Below are positions 24,361 to 37,660 of a stretch of 64,000 bases of DNA, piece after piece. Below the pieces are notes generated by a model that was not told where the DNA came from, searched no databases, and worked only from the letters and a program-made list of their open reading frames with translations. Numbering within the stretch: position 1 is the stretch's first letter; each line of letters begins with the position of its first letter. The position numbers were made by a program, and so were the translations under genes. This stretch comes from Octopus bimaculoides. Its lineage: Eukaryota. The stretch covers positions 122,713,257 to 122,777,256 of the forward strand of contig NC_068983.1 in NCBI RefSeq assembly GCF_001194135.2, written 5' to 3'.

Positions 24361-26898
24361 TATTATATATATATTTGTATGTTTCTGTATGCATTTATAC
24401 CTGTATATGTATAAGTTTCAAAAGATAGAATAATGGAATAAAAGTCATGATAAGAGATCTCCCAAAAATCTATTTCCTTAATTTTTAACAAATGTTCCTG
24501 GCACACATATTTACGCAATTTTGATTTTGAAATATTTAAAAAATTATTTGGCATGGTAGATTCGGACTCTCCATATTCTAAAACAACGAATTAAAAGAAA
24601 AAATTGTGTGTGTCAAACTTTTCTCCAGAAGATCATGGCTTCATAGGAATAAACGTGGAAAACTGCATGAAGATAACCAATTTTCAGATTTTTTTTACTT
24701 CTTTTTAAAAAATGCAGATTTTGTGAATAAAACAAACGAGATCCTGAATAAGAAATGAATGTCAAATTTTCAGATTTTTGTACGTCATTTTAAAGGGGAG
24801 CTGATTTTGTGACTCAAACTAACTAGATCCAAGTACAGTGAATACCATCCTCCACAATTTGCTACACGTATGAAATACATAAATATATATTTCAACAATT
24901 TCTATCAAATACACTCTCTTTCTTGAGCATAAAAACTCCCCTTCCCTAGAGACAATAGCTTATTTGTCAGATTGTTGCACAAGTTCTAGTTGTTTTGATA
25001 AGGGAAATCGGAAAGGTTTGAAATGATTTCATCGGCATTTACTTGTACCAAAGAGCACACTTTCAATCAACAACACGTTGATCTCATAAGTGTCGCGTGG
25101 TGGAAATAATCGCAATTACCAAACTTTCAATTCATTATTTTGTTGGTTTTTTTTTTTTTGCATTTCAATTTGTACATCTGTACTCCCGACTGCGTACAAG
25201 CGCATATGTAAAACGACGTCCTTTATTTTTTTCATCATCTGCTGATATCAAAATAAGTAGTATATTGAAAAATAAAAATACTTTCGAGGGGTGGGGGGTC
25301 ATTTTTGATTCCAAGGGTCAAAAGGGGTTCTTTGACCAAAATGGATTGAGAACCTTTGCTCTAGGCCATGGTATGATATTACTGTATTCTTATTCATTCT
25401 CTAATGCGTTTATGCATCCATGCTGTATTGAATGTGTTTGAAAACTCTTATTTTCATGCATGCATAAAAAGAGCTACAGTTGTACCTTGACTTACGAGTG
25501 TCCCAACTAAAGTGGGTTTCGAGATACGAGCCGTTTCTTAGCCGATTTTTTGCTTTGAGTTGCGAACTAAAATTCGGGTTACGATCCAGCCTCAGATACT
25601 CCACCTCTAGTTGGCGTAGCGAACGCCACAGAGAACGCCGTAACATCCGTCCAGCATCCCGTGTCTCACTCGATAGCTAGACAGACATGCATGTTAGCTA
25701 GTGCAAATATCATTAGTAGATCGACAGCTAGACAGACGTGCGCGTTAGCAAATGCGAAAATCGTTAGTGGATCGTTAGCTAGACAGGTGGTAAAATACTT
25801 ACTTAGTCGTTGCAGGCTACAGAAGTATCAGTGTTGTGCTCGCAATTGTGCTTGCAGTTATTTTGCAAAACTTCATTTTTCCAACCATGGGTCCGAAGAA
25901 AGCGAATGCGAAGGACAGTGCTGAGAAGAAGCGAATGATGTGCATTGAATTTAAGAAAGAAATTATCAAAAAGCATGACCGAGGTGTCGTGTAGTCGATT
26001 TGGCGAAGCAGTACGAGCGTAGCACTTCTACGATCTGCACCACATTGAAGCAGGATAAAGGCTATAACACCAGCCAAGGGCGTTAAAATAATTTATCAAC
26101 AATGGATATTTATCCATGAAAATATGGAGAAACTGTTGATGGTGTGGTTGACGTAGAAACAGCTAACAGGAAATACCGTGATGGAGGCTATAACCTGCGA
26201 GAATGCACGAACTATTTACGCGGATTTGCTGCAGCAGACCACAGACACTTGTATGGACGAGGCAAAGGGCGAACCATTCAAGTTTATAAAGGAGTATAAT
26301 TTTAAATGTTTTTTATATTTTTTTCTTTTTTCTCATTTTTCCCTTTTTGTCTCTGTTTTAGGTCATTAAAATTCCAAACATTTACTTACTTTTTCCTTTA
26401 TTCCCCCCCCCCTTTTTTTACCATTTTATGGTCCTCATAATCTATTACAAGCAGCAAGTCATCAAACTCTGGGACTGGTTCGCTTTCCATACTTCCTCTT
26501 TTCACTACTTCACCCATAAATGGGGAAGAAAACAACTATAAAAACACAGCAAAATACAGCAACTAACAATTTAAAAATTCAACAGTGAAGTCAAACAATA
26601 GGTTCATCCTTACGGGTAACCTTCAGCAATTAATCAACAATGTGACTTACGTCTAACAGGGATCAAACAATGATTAACGCGAAAAATTGCTACTAGTTAG
26701 ATCTGGTCAGGAAGCGAAAGTTTTTCTTTTTATTCCTATTAAAAGGATACATAGAGGGGACAAACAAGGACAGACAAAAACATATATATAGGTCTTCAGC
26801 CTTTTACGGATCTTTTATCGAATGGATATTATAATGAATATGATAATATAATGTGATATGATACATTAAAAATTATTAGATAAAACTTTTTAAGTTCT

Positions 26899-29800
26899 CT
26901 CTTTTTTTTTTTTGGTTTGGATTATCTTACTAACCCACCGGTTGTTTTCCCTATTTTTTGTGTGTCTTTTCCTTTCCTTCTATGGCCAGTCCGGCCGTGT
27001 TGGCACGGCTCCTTGAATCCTCATCTTTCTTACAATTTCCTTCCATCTTTTCGCAAACACTCTTTGTGGCAGGCTCCTCATCTCCAGACAGATCTTGAAA
27101 ACAAGATGGGCGGTGAAATAGTTCATCAGCCCTCGTCTGGAGATGAACTGTTCTGTCACAATTCCTTCCAAACGCGTCTTCTATACCGTTTCTTTCAATA
27201 TGGTTATTACGCAGAGAAAAGCTGCCTTCTTGTGTTTGGAAAGAGAGAAAGGTGGTACGATCTTAATCATGGACTCAGTCGAGAGCCGTACTCCTTCTGC
27301 ATCCGACATCAGTTGTTCGGCATAAGCTATCAACTCCCTAAACGCCTCACAGTGTACGAAGGCGTGCGTCACCGTTTCACTGACGCGCCCGCACCTCAGA
27401 CAAGGGGAGGTGACATATTCGTGCCTTGACAACCTTTCCCGAACCAGTAAGGCCGATCGGTAGCACAGCCAAGTCAAGGATTTCTGGTAGTTATCCAGGA
27501 ATCTCGATCCGAAGGTCCTCCCAAACAGGCTGGCTAGCTGTCTCTTGTCGAAGCCCAGAGTCTCCCCCAGGACATCATCAGACTTAAGCTCTACCAACCC
27601 GCTATAAATCTCCGCTGTGGTAACTCTGCTGCTAGCATTACTCACTCGAGAGAAGAGGGAGAGCACTTGTTTGCACTCCACCTGCCATTCTCCCGTCTTG
27701 GGTCTTCGTCTGATCCATGCTCCTAGGTCTCTCAGGGACTCATACTTTGGGAAATCCTGCTCGGCAAGCGTTGACCACATCTGTTCACCATCCAGGTGGC
27801 ACCGGAGATGTCTCAGCCTCAGCGCGTGCTTGCGCATCATCAGCCAGAGCATTCCCAGCCCACCCTTTAACGGTTTCTGGCAACAGATGGAGCGCCTCAC
27901 AAGTGGAGTTTTACTTCTCCACAAAAAGTGGAAAAGTATCCGCTCCAACTTGTTCAGCTACAAACCAGGGCAAGGCACGACGGTTAGGCGGTAGGTTATC
28001 ACCGATGCAAAGAACACCTGCGCAACAAGGATAACCTCCTCCCAGACCACTTCTGGGCTATGGCTGTCATCTTGCTCGCCACCTCACTCCAGTTCTTCTC
28101 CACCTGGAGGTCCGGTCCAAACCAAACCCCAAATATTTTAACCGGGCCCTCCGTCCAGTGCCCGACGACGCTGTTGNNNNNNNNNNNNNNNNNNNNNNNN
28201 NNNNNNNNNNNNNNNNNNNNNNNNNNNNNNNNNNNNNNNNNNNNNNNNNNNNNNNNNNNNNNNNNNNNNNTCATCCGTGTATGCCGTCACGTTCCTTCCG
28301 CAACAAGGATCATGCGAGTCCACCCCCAACGTCCCTCAACTTCCGCAGCAATGGTTCGAGCACCAATACATACAGAATCGGGGACAGGGCGCAGCCCTGA
28401 CGCACTGAACGCTCGATCGCGAAGGGGTTCTAAAAGAACCCATTCACCTGGACTGTTGATTCGATATTGCCGTACATGGCTTTAATCCAGCCTCGGAATA
28501 TCGGGCCAAATCCGGCTTGCCCGAAGAACCGCCGCCAGGTATCCGTGGTCAACCTTATCGAACGCCTTAGACTGGTCTAAATTCACCAGTGCCCCACCGT
28601 TGCCATGCATTTTACCCACCCACTCTATGATGTAGCGAATGAGGTGAAGGTTGTCCTGTATCGTCCTTCCTGAGATGGCACATGTCTGTGCTTCCCCCAC
28701 CAGGTCGCCCATGACAACCCTAACGCTCTTTGCGAGCACCTTGGCCAAAATGTTTAACTCTGTGTTTAGCAGAGTTATGGGCCTAAAATTATTGACATTA
28801 TCCCCCTTGCTCGGGTCTTTCCTGATCAGTGTCACCACTCCTCGGCTCACAGCTTTGGGAATCCTCCCATTCTGCTACCAATTCGTGTACACACTGGCCA
28901 GTATGTCCCCGAACAAGTCTGGCATGCTACTGTAAAATTCGTAGGGAAGACCACCCAGACCCGGCGCCTTGTCCCCGGGGCCCTCGGACAGTACCTCTCT
29001 GATCTCCTTGGCTGTGATTGGTCCTTCGCAGCCCGGACTCTGCATCCTTCGTGTTTGGCATTGAGCTGACGGTCCAGTTCTGATCTCACCGCCTGCACTT
29101 GTGACGCAGAGCCCGATCTTAGTGCCTTGTCTAATGCCTTAACTAAGTCCCTTTCTATTCTAGTCTTAAATCTAATTGACTCGATTCTAAGGGCTCTTTT
29201 GAGGGCACTCCACCACCGGTTGTTGATAACAGCACCGGTAAGTTCCTCTTCACTAACTCCCTAATCTGGCTACGGTAAGCCTCGCAATCCAATAAAGTCT
29301 TGTTCAGCTACCAGTAGCCAGATCCCTGTCTATGTACCTTATCTATATTCACCCTACACGTCATTAACTTGTGATCTGTGTAGGGTACGTAGGTAAACTG
29401 TGGACAACTAAAGCTATGCCTGTCTCTAGTACTTACAACTATCCTGTCTATATAAGACCTGACCATTCCGTCGTTACTTGCCCAGGTCCACACTTGAACG
29501 TTCGGGTGGTCAAGTCTATATCGATCTGCCAGCCTGAAACGCTTCAGCAGATCGATGAGGCATAAGTTTCCCTTTCTATCTTTAGAGCCCACGCTATCCT
29601 GTCGTGCATCCAGTATAGCGTTAAAGTCACCTAGTACAACTACTGTCTTCGATGTTACCAGGAAATTTTCCAGGCGATGAAAGAAACCGACTCGTTTGCC
29701 TGTATTACCAGGCGCGTATATGCCAACCAGCCTGAAGGCCTTGCCACAGTATGTTAGATCCAGAACGACCAACTCACGTTCTGGGTCCACGAAGATTGTA

Positions 29801-31759
29801 CGTGTCTGCATGACCAAGCTTTTACGGATCAATTCAGCCACCCCTCTGCTCCCTCCTTCCCGGCTAGGAGAAATTATTTTCTCGTAGTCATTCAGGAGTG
29901 CAGAGAAGTTCTGCAGCTTGTCCAGCTTAGTCTCTGTAACAACCATCTCATCCATACTATGTGACCTGAGGTCGTCGAGGAGGCACGTCTGCTTCACTTC
30001 GAGCTCAGGCCACGCACATTTAAACACGCTATGTTCAATACGACCATTTGCAACATAGAGGAAAAAAGAGGAACATACTTACCATCTCTTTGTCTTCCCA
30101 GGGGAATGGCTCTCAAGACATTTGAGACCACTTCCCTATATCCTTTTGTTCCTCCTATGAAGGGTACCTCCAAGGAGGGTTCAACCGACGGGTCGAATAC
30201 TTTTTAAAAATTATTTAGTAAGCTTATGTCATTGGGATGTAGTTTGTTCAGACCAAAAAACAGAGTTCTTGCTATCTTTACTATGACAGTAGGACTCTAA
30301 TTACAATCGTTTTTATAAACCAATGAGTCATTATGTGGTCTAATGACCCCATCTAGGTAAATGTTTTTTCTACGGTACGAGACCGTCACTCGATCAACTG
30401 GTTTCGGTATTGTTATAGGGATGTCTATAAAGGACATCTTTTTCCCTTTTTTCTTCCCTGGTTTGGCTACTTTGGTCTTTGAGGTTTCCTGTTTGTTCGG
30501 GGACTCCACCTTCCTCGTCCTCTTCCTCGAACAAACCTGGTACCCATCTGTTGGTAGTTGCTTTTCCTCTTCACTGTCAGCGATGATCTCCTATGATGCG
30601 GTCACTCTTGGGAGTGCCATCTCTTGGTTGGATGAACTCCTGGTAACGGCCTCAGTGGCCGGGAGTTCACCCTCTTTGGTTGATGTCTTTTTGGTTGTAG
30701 CTAAGGGTGCACCTTTCTTTGGTCCTATAAGTGTTGTAACTTTTTTTGGTTCACTTTGGTTTTTCGATGATCCCTCCTGGGGATCATCTTCCTTGGAGGT
30801 GTGGTTAGAGGTGGACTGTTCTGTTTTTTTAAATTTATTTTCGGGACACTTTTCTCTTAAGTGTCCCTTCTTCCCACACTTGAAACAGCGGGGCCTCCTT
30901 CCTTCGACATGAATGGAGATACTTATATCGTCCATTATTATCGTTTCTGGCAGCTCCTATAAGTCATTCGATGTGGCTTGCGCCAGGATCTCGAGGGTCT
31001 GGCCCCGCCAGTTCTGTGGGCCGTCTTTTGTTATCTGTATCATTTTTAATTTTTCCTCCCTCTTGTATAGCAGGGTGGCCACGATCCAGCCCAACTCCAC
31101 CTCCGGGGGGATGTTTTTAATTTTTATTCGGGACGTCCTACGCCCCAGATATAGTGGCACTAATAAAATTTTGCCACATTGCAAGGTTCTTGTCGACAGC
31201 TCTCTTGCACGCTCTGTCGATTCGAACCTTGCTTTAATGGTTGCAAATCGTATTCCTCTGTTTAGATATTTTATGTGGTTCATTATTGCGCCAAGACATT
31301 TCTCTATGCAACTCTCCTTCAAGTGTTTAAATTTCTTGGTCTCCGTGTTGTAAGTTTTATAGATGATAGTTTTCTCTTTGATTTTATTTTGGAGTTCACT
31401 TGGAGGTGTTATTCTCGATTCACCGTCCTTTTCTGATATCATTTCGAAGAATGCCTGGATTTCCTCCACTTTCNNNNNNNNNNACATTTTTTTCAACAAA
31501 ACAATTCCGTATTACGGAAAAAAATATTTTCGAAAACGGAAACTCAGTCCAACAGAGTTCATACAGTATTCCTTCTCCGAAGGGGTGGGGGTGGGGTGTA
31601 ACAGTTCACAAAAAGGTATTTACAGAATAACAACAGTATTCCCTTTCGGGAAGATAACAAACAACAAAGACTTCGAGACGAGGAGAAGCTGGGTCTTTAT
31701 AAGGAGCGGTAGGTTCAAAACTGGGCTGAGAACAGGCTGTCTTACGTGATTTATTTTAG
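26899..31759 (-). mobile_element. Tx1-clade (L1 superfamily) LINE, ORF1 + ORF2 decayed
   Basis: ORF1 (31499-~30300) has a zinc knuckle CFKCGKKGHLREKC. ORF2 EN VVTETK..LVGIYAP..VVLGDFNAILD..YIDRI..TDHK (30027-29308). RT NFRPITLLNTE..NLDQSKAFDKVDH (28850-28482). C-terminal CLRCGRVSETVTHAFVHC. Poly(A) at 26902-26913. Candidate TSD AAGTTCT (26892-26898, 31760-31766). Confidence 0.9.
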
Positions 31760-31763
31760 AAGT

Positions 31764-31835
31764 TCTGATTGGTTATAAACGGCAAATTGGCGCGACAGAT
31801 TAAGAGATAAGATGCGCCAATACCAACCAATCAGA
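31764..31835. promoter_or_regulatory. Symmetric four-CCAAT-box inverted repeat
   Basis: TCTGATTGGTT (31764-74) pairs with AACCAATCAGA (31825-35), and ATTGGCGC (31786-93) pairs with GCGCCAAT (31814-21). Confidence 0.5.
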
Positions 31836-34419
31836 GTAGTGGACACAACAGGGTCCAAATAGCAGCCAAAGGCTAGCTATTATCTGCTATGTTCGAATGC
31901 ACGTATATATAATAAAGGGAAAGAAGAATTTCACTCGAGTGTACGCTACACGTTTTTCAAAAGAAACACCCAGAAAAAGTTGCAACTGGGCGTGTTACGA
32001 TGATAGTTAATGACACTTTCCTAACTCATTTCAGAAACACTTTGAATGAAAGGATGAAACAGACCTTATTGGACAGGTTTTTATCGAAAATTCCTACCGA
32101 TGAAAGTGAGGAAGGCGTGGTAAAAAGGGCAAAAATCAGCGAATAAGATTCAGTTATTCAGTTCAGCCTTTCTCCTCCACTTCCGTCAGCATCCTCAAGT
32201 CGTCTGATCCCCAAGGTAAATGCTGTTCATTATACTTAATAAAACCAATTTATTGAAGCACATCCTATTGTATTGTTTGTTTTTTAAATACAATATTCGT
32301 TATTTATAAGTACTTTTTTCTTATTCAAAAACATGTAACAAAAACAAATTGCACTGTTTTTTTCGGGTCCCGGAACGGATTAATGGCGTTTCAATTCTTT
32401 TCAATGGGGAAAATTGATTTGACATACGCGTAATTTGAGTTACGAGCTCCGTCGTCACGGAATGAATTAAACTTGTAAGTCAATGCACCTCTGTATATAT
32501 ATATTTTTTTTAAAGCATCAATCGGAAACCCCAATTTACAACATGTAAATCAATGGGAATATAGGTTTGCCTTTCGCAATTCCATGTTACAAGAATTCTT
32601 ATGATGGGGATGCTTGTATGTGATAAATATTGGGCAATCAATGCTCACTATATTACATAAATAAGACTCTACAGTCTCTGTTTGTCAATCTCCTATGAAA
32701 CAGTACCCAACAGATAACTGCTGTACGCGGAGTAATACAACTAAATTACCCAAACCAACTACGTGGACAGCAAAGAAAACAACAAAGGACCTTGTTTGCA
32801 GTCAAATTTCCTTCAAGTCACACCCTACCAGCTTAGATGAGGAAAAGATATTGGTAAATGTAGTCCAAGATACCCTTAAAAAGACAGGACGGTCGTGGCT
32901 AGAATGCATTTTATCACAGGTGTGCTTGCTCAGAGTTGACTTGGGCTAAACATTTAGAGGAAAATGTCAGCTACATGCGCCGCCAGATAAAATATTTAGT
33001 ATCACCGACTATATCTTATGAGAACTCCAACTCTTATGAGTAAATTAATAACTGTAAAATACGAACAGAAGACTTCAAGTGAGATAATTCGTAAGTAACA
33101 AGCCAAATTCACTTGCCATAGCACGAACAGTACGGCCTTACACATGTAATACAGAGAATTGAATATCCTCAATCAATAGCTGAAAATTAGAAGCCAGTTG
33201 CTTCCTTAAGCATTATATTTAAGCGTTACATAAGCTACCTCAATGAGATACTCTAAGATCATTGCAAGTCCAACAAAATTGTAACTAGTGGGCAGGAAGT
33301 AGAAATGAGGGAGTGTAAAAATGCAGAATAATCACTAGTTAATAAAACTGTGTAGTCTTGACTTCATCCTTGCGGGAATTTTGTGGCGATGTGACTCAAT
33401 TACAGATAAATAACAGCTGCTGGAATCACAGTCTGTCTAAATGTTCCGTCAATCACCATTGGAAGATTTAGTCAACCATCCTTTTCTTTCTAACTCAGAG
33501 CACGACGACTGTCTTCCGTTTCCGAAAGGGATATTCCAACGCTTGTTTTTTTTAATATTTTTCTAGCATTTCTTCTGCATAAATTAAGTTGATATACACT
33601 TGGGCATTCAATAGTAAGAAAGACCAATTTAAACATAAATTCCTTTGTTGAAGACTTCAACATTTAAATTGAAAATAACTGCAAGGCTGAATTTAATAAC
33701 AAATGTGTTCAACTAATGCAGGAATTACATTTGGTCAAAAGAGATTTTCATACTTGATTGTAGAACTTGAGGAAACAACCAAATCGAAAATGTAAACGCC
33801 GATGGTCTTGCTATTTTCTCTTTTCCACTCTATAGCATAGTGAAAGATATTACAATGTGATCTACAGCTTGCCAAAACATTATCAAGTTATTTTCTATGC
33901 AGCATGATTGTGTTGTTGAAACAATATACAATGCCATCCCAACTGTCCTGCGACAAACATGAAGAAAATATTTCTGATGCTAAGGAATGTTGGTGTAATA
34001 TCCCTAAAAAAATCCATTAAATACAAACACAAGCTTGGCGTCGCTGTTTGGTATAAGAAATAAAATAAATAAAAATAAATGAAGTAAAATACTGTTGCCG
34101 AAACCAGCTGCTTAAAAGGTGTGAAAATTTCATCTAAAAAAAAGCAAGACAACATTTAAAGCTAAATGTTTCGAAACTTGCTGTAAAAGGTTGATAGTTG
34201 CAATAGAGACATTAGTCTCTCTCTATCACCTTTCAACAAAATTATATATTAAGAAACAGTAGAACAATTAACAACATAATAAAAATAAGTTTTATTTTTG
34301 GTGATGCTTGGTTTTACAAATCCTGTGTTATTCAGCCTGGCAGCCGCTGGTTATCTTGTAATCAGCATTGGAAGGTTAAAGGCTTCGTTGAGGTATTTCA
34401 GAGGAGCAAGTCGTTGTTA

Positions 34420-34590
34420 CATCGAAGGCACCGCGCTAAAAGAGAGGGTTAGAGAGCGCGCGAAGCGCTTTAAGTACTGGTCTTACTACGCATGCGAACT
34501 CGAGGGGCCTCCGGGAAGGCAAGTCCCTTGCGTATGCGTAGATTGTACTTCCTTAATGGAGGCCATAATTTCGCGCCACTACAATGCAAC
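34420..34590. promoter_or_regulatory. CpG-rich candidate housekeeping promoter
   Basis: Local CpG cluster in AT-rich unique DNA. Inverted NRF1-like pair CTACGCAT (34486-93)/ATGCGTAG (34534-41), E2F-like TTTCGCGCC (34569-77) and ACTACAAT (34578-85). Confidence 0.45.
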
Positions 34591-36539
34591 ACATCAATTC
34601 AAATTATAAATTTATATTCGATAGATCTTACTGTTTAAGCAATGGCTTTGAAGAACAGGGTGGGGGTGGGGTAGTTCATGCAAAGAAAGTGACCCCATCT
34701 CTAACTCGTATTTTACCAATTTGATATGCAAAACTTTTCTGAAATTCAAGACATAATTTCTATATCTATCTAAATCCAAATGATAGCGATTTAATTCTTA
34801 GAAACAAAACCCTTTTTTATAGGAAAAATTCAAAGAATTAGAAAAGGTTCACATACACATTCATATTTTTACGCATATGTTTTTCTTCTTGATAGGAGTT
34901 TAAAGTTTATTCTGATCAGAAACTAAGGTTTTAAAGAAAAGATATTTAAAAATAAAAATTGTTTTTGTTGTCTTCGCTGTCTTTTGCACAACTTTTCACC
35001 CTTTAAAGTTTAAAGTCTTCCAGATTTTTATAGCCTCAGATATGTATGTAATGTAATGTAATGCAGGTAGGTAGTTGACTTTTGTGGGTAGTGGGGGGCA
35101 GTTCTTAGATCTGTTGTTGTGCAAATACATTTGTAACTCGAGTCGGCAAATAAAAGGCAAAGTAATACCTTTGTTACTTCCTTGCTTCAAGAGATGTCCA
35201 GTGATTTTATTTAAAAAAAACAAAACAACAAAACAACTGAGTGCTGGACAAGAAGGCAAACAGTATATAAGGGTAAACATCGCTTTATTATTCTAAATTC
35301 ATATCCTGGCGGAGTCGATCTTGATTTTCATTCCTTCTCACATGCTGAAGCCAATTTAACAATTAAATTGAGAATGCCTTGTGGAAATGTTAGCAATCAT
35401 TATTTTAGCTTCATTCGCAACCTTCGTGATAATTGCTCATAAATTGTTTCAGTCATTTCTTATGGCGTGTTGACCGTTCTTTTTCTTTCTTATTTGTTCA
35501 AAGAACAAAAAAGGGAACCACTAATAATTTCCAATTGCATGCACAAACAATATTTTATGAGCCTTGAAAATGAACCAAAGTAGCTAAATAACTAATTTGA
35601 CTAGCTAAATATTTTATTCCAATATATTTTATTTCTTCAAGGTAAGTAATCAACTTTAATTTGCAGAAAAGATTCCACTTTTCACCTATGTTCATCTTAC
35701 AGTTGTTGACTTGCAGTAGTTCAAAATAAGGCATTATCAGCATCAATTTTGCTAGTCTCTTCAGATTAAACTATTAAGATAGAAAATAAGTGACATTGAC
35801 ACAATCGTTCAACTGCAAGAAAGGGCGACAAATTTCATTCAAATCATACTCACCCGTCTTGAATAAAGGATCTTTCAAACGATATAGACTATGATATAGA
35901 TAAAATGACGGGATGGTCATGCCTGGAACGTTTTTGATCATAGATTTGCTTGACCAAGGTTAACCTATGTATAAACAATATCAAACTAACACCAAGAAAC
36001 ATTTTGGATGTCTTGAGTCTAATATAGGGAATAGAAGTCTAAACTCTTACAAGTGATGTTACAAAAGTATTACAGTAGGTAAATGAATATCATTTCTCTT
36101 AAAATATTGTTTTTCTCAATTAATTCGGCTGACATTTGTCATATAATCCTCGTAACCTCATAGGAAAAAAAAACCCCAAAATCTTTAACATTCCTTTAAT
36201 GTATCCTAGTTATGAATGGAATTATTAGAGATCTCAAGACGATATTCAGTTACGTACCTGTATCGGCGGACAACAAAGTTAAAAGAAGTGCAGTGAATAA
36301 AATGAAAAAAAAAAATCATAATTCATAATCGACATTACCTAACATAACAACGTCTAATACATTTGATGAATGACATGAATGTGTTATGCTTGTGAAAATG
36401 ACACCAAGTAAACTCAAATGTAAGTTGAGAAGAGCATGTTCGAGATTCTCTTGAGTTCGTACATAACGTTGCATTATTAGGAGCATTAAAAAAAAAATCT
36501 GTTGTTTATCGTGGATGTTTTGGCTGTTGTTTTCTTTTC

Positions 36540-37660
36540 ACTTTGTTGTCCATCGTTATCATCGTCGTCGGCTGTCCGTCGTAGTTTGACGTTGACTATT
36601 CTGTTAGGGAACAAAAGGCCTTTGGATAGTGAGTAAGGTAGGTGGCATCGTCCTCCCCACACCATCAAATTGCTTCACTGGACCTCCATGCCAAGAATCA
36701 AGTAGTGTACAAGAGTGCAACGAGCATGGTCAACGATGAGACTGCCCCGTAGTAGCAGCTCACTCGCTAGTTGACACCCAACCGTTCTCTGACAGTAGAG
36801 ATCTTCCGCTTGGCGGCAATTATCTTTAAGCTGTTGGTCTAGGACTCCTTCGCATTGTCGGTTATCCAACGTTCTGCTGCCAACATCTTCACTGTATCCC
36901 TGGCACGGGAGGCTAAGGGGTTGCTAGCACTTTCCCAACGTGCCACCCAAATCTACGGACGGAAGGGGCGACTTACTCTCCTTTTTACGGCTTGCCAATG
37001 ATGTGGGGGTCGTACCATACTGTGTCTACCATTACAAAGTCGTTGGCATTAACTCATATGCGAGTAGTTAATCTGTAGCGAGTGATTGAGCCTCTTCATC
37101 CTGATGGGTGCGAAGGGTGCCGGTACTTGAGGTGGATTTTCAGGCTAAGGGAAAGTTGGCAGGGTGCAAGGAAATGCGAGTCGCTGTTTGCGTGTTCGAT
37201 GCCTGATCTCTGCCTCTTGATGTGTGTTATTTTCCATCTGTCCGTTCCTTTGATGATGATGATGATATGCCACCACTTTGGGCGGTCCTTGACAGTTGTC
37301 TCCCAGGTATTTAGGTCAATGGAGCAGCGGAGGAGAGTGGCCTTGAGTTGGTCTCAGAGACTGAATTGAGGGGCTCCACGTGGTCTGGTGCCTGAGGCCA
37401 ACTCCACAAAGAGAAGTTGACGTAAGAGGCGCATTTGAGGCATATGTATGCTGTGTCCCGAACAGTGGACGCGATGCCAAGGTAGCTTTAATGCTGGGCA
37501 GTCCGGCCCTGAGTAGAACCTCTTCATTGATGATATAGTCCTTCCATCAGATCCTTATGAGTGCACGAAGTGTGTGCTGTTGGAAACGTTTGATTTTCTT
37601 CAAGATCTGTCGATACAATGACCCACTCTTCGGTGAAGTGATACTGCTGTTGCTACCCTT
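36540..37660 (-). mobile_element. RTE (BovB-like) LINE 3' fragment
   Basis: Minus strand gives KRFQQHTLRALIRI*WKDYIINEEVLLRAGLPSI and MPQMRLLRQLLFVELASGTRPRGAP..DQLKATL..IDLNTWET..DRPKWW. GACGACGATGAT-type tail at ~36550-36570. Confidence 0.75.

Larger units (their letters stand above)
25477..32493 (+). mobile_element. Tigger (pogo/TIGD1-like) DNA transposon split by a ~5.6-kb nested insertion
   Basis: TIRs CAGTTGTACCTTGACTTACGAGT (25477-25499) and 32471-32493 match at 18/23, with TA on both sides. N-terminus from ATG 25887: MGPKKANAKDSAEKKRMMCIEFKKEIIKKHD..VVDLAKQYERSTSTI..GEPFK (to ~26282). C-terminus KKHPEKVATGR..HFRNTLNERMKQTLLDRFL (~31950-32148). Confidence 0.88.

Noticed and set aside
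35555-35746. Short ORF and AAG|GTAAGT donor at 35641
   Set aside because: No credible acceptor, reading frame or recognisable protein could be attached.
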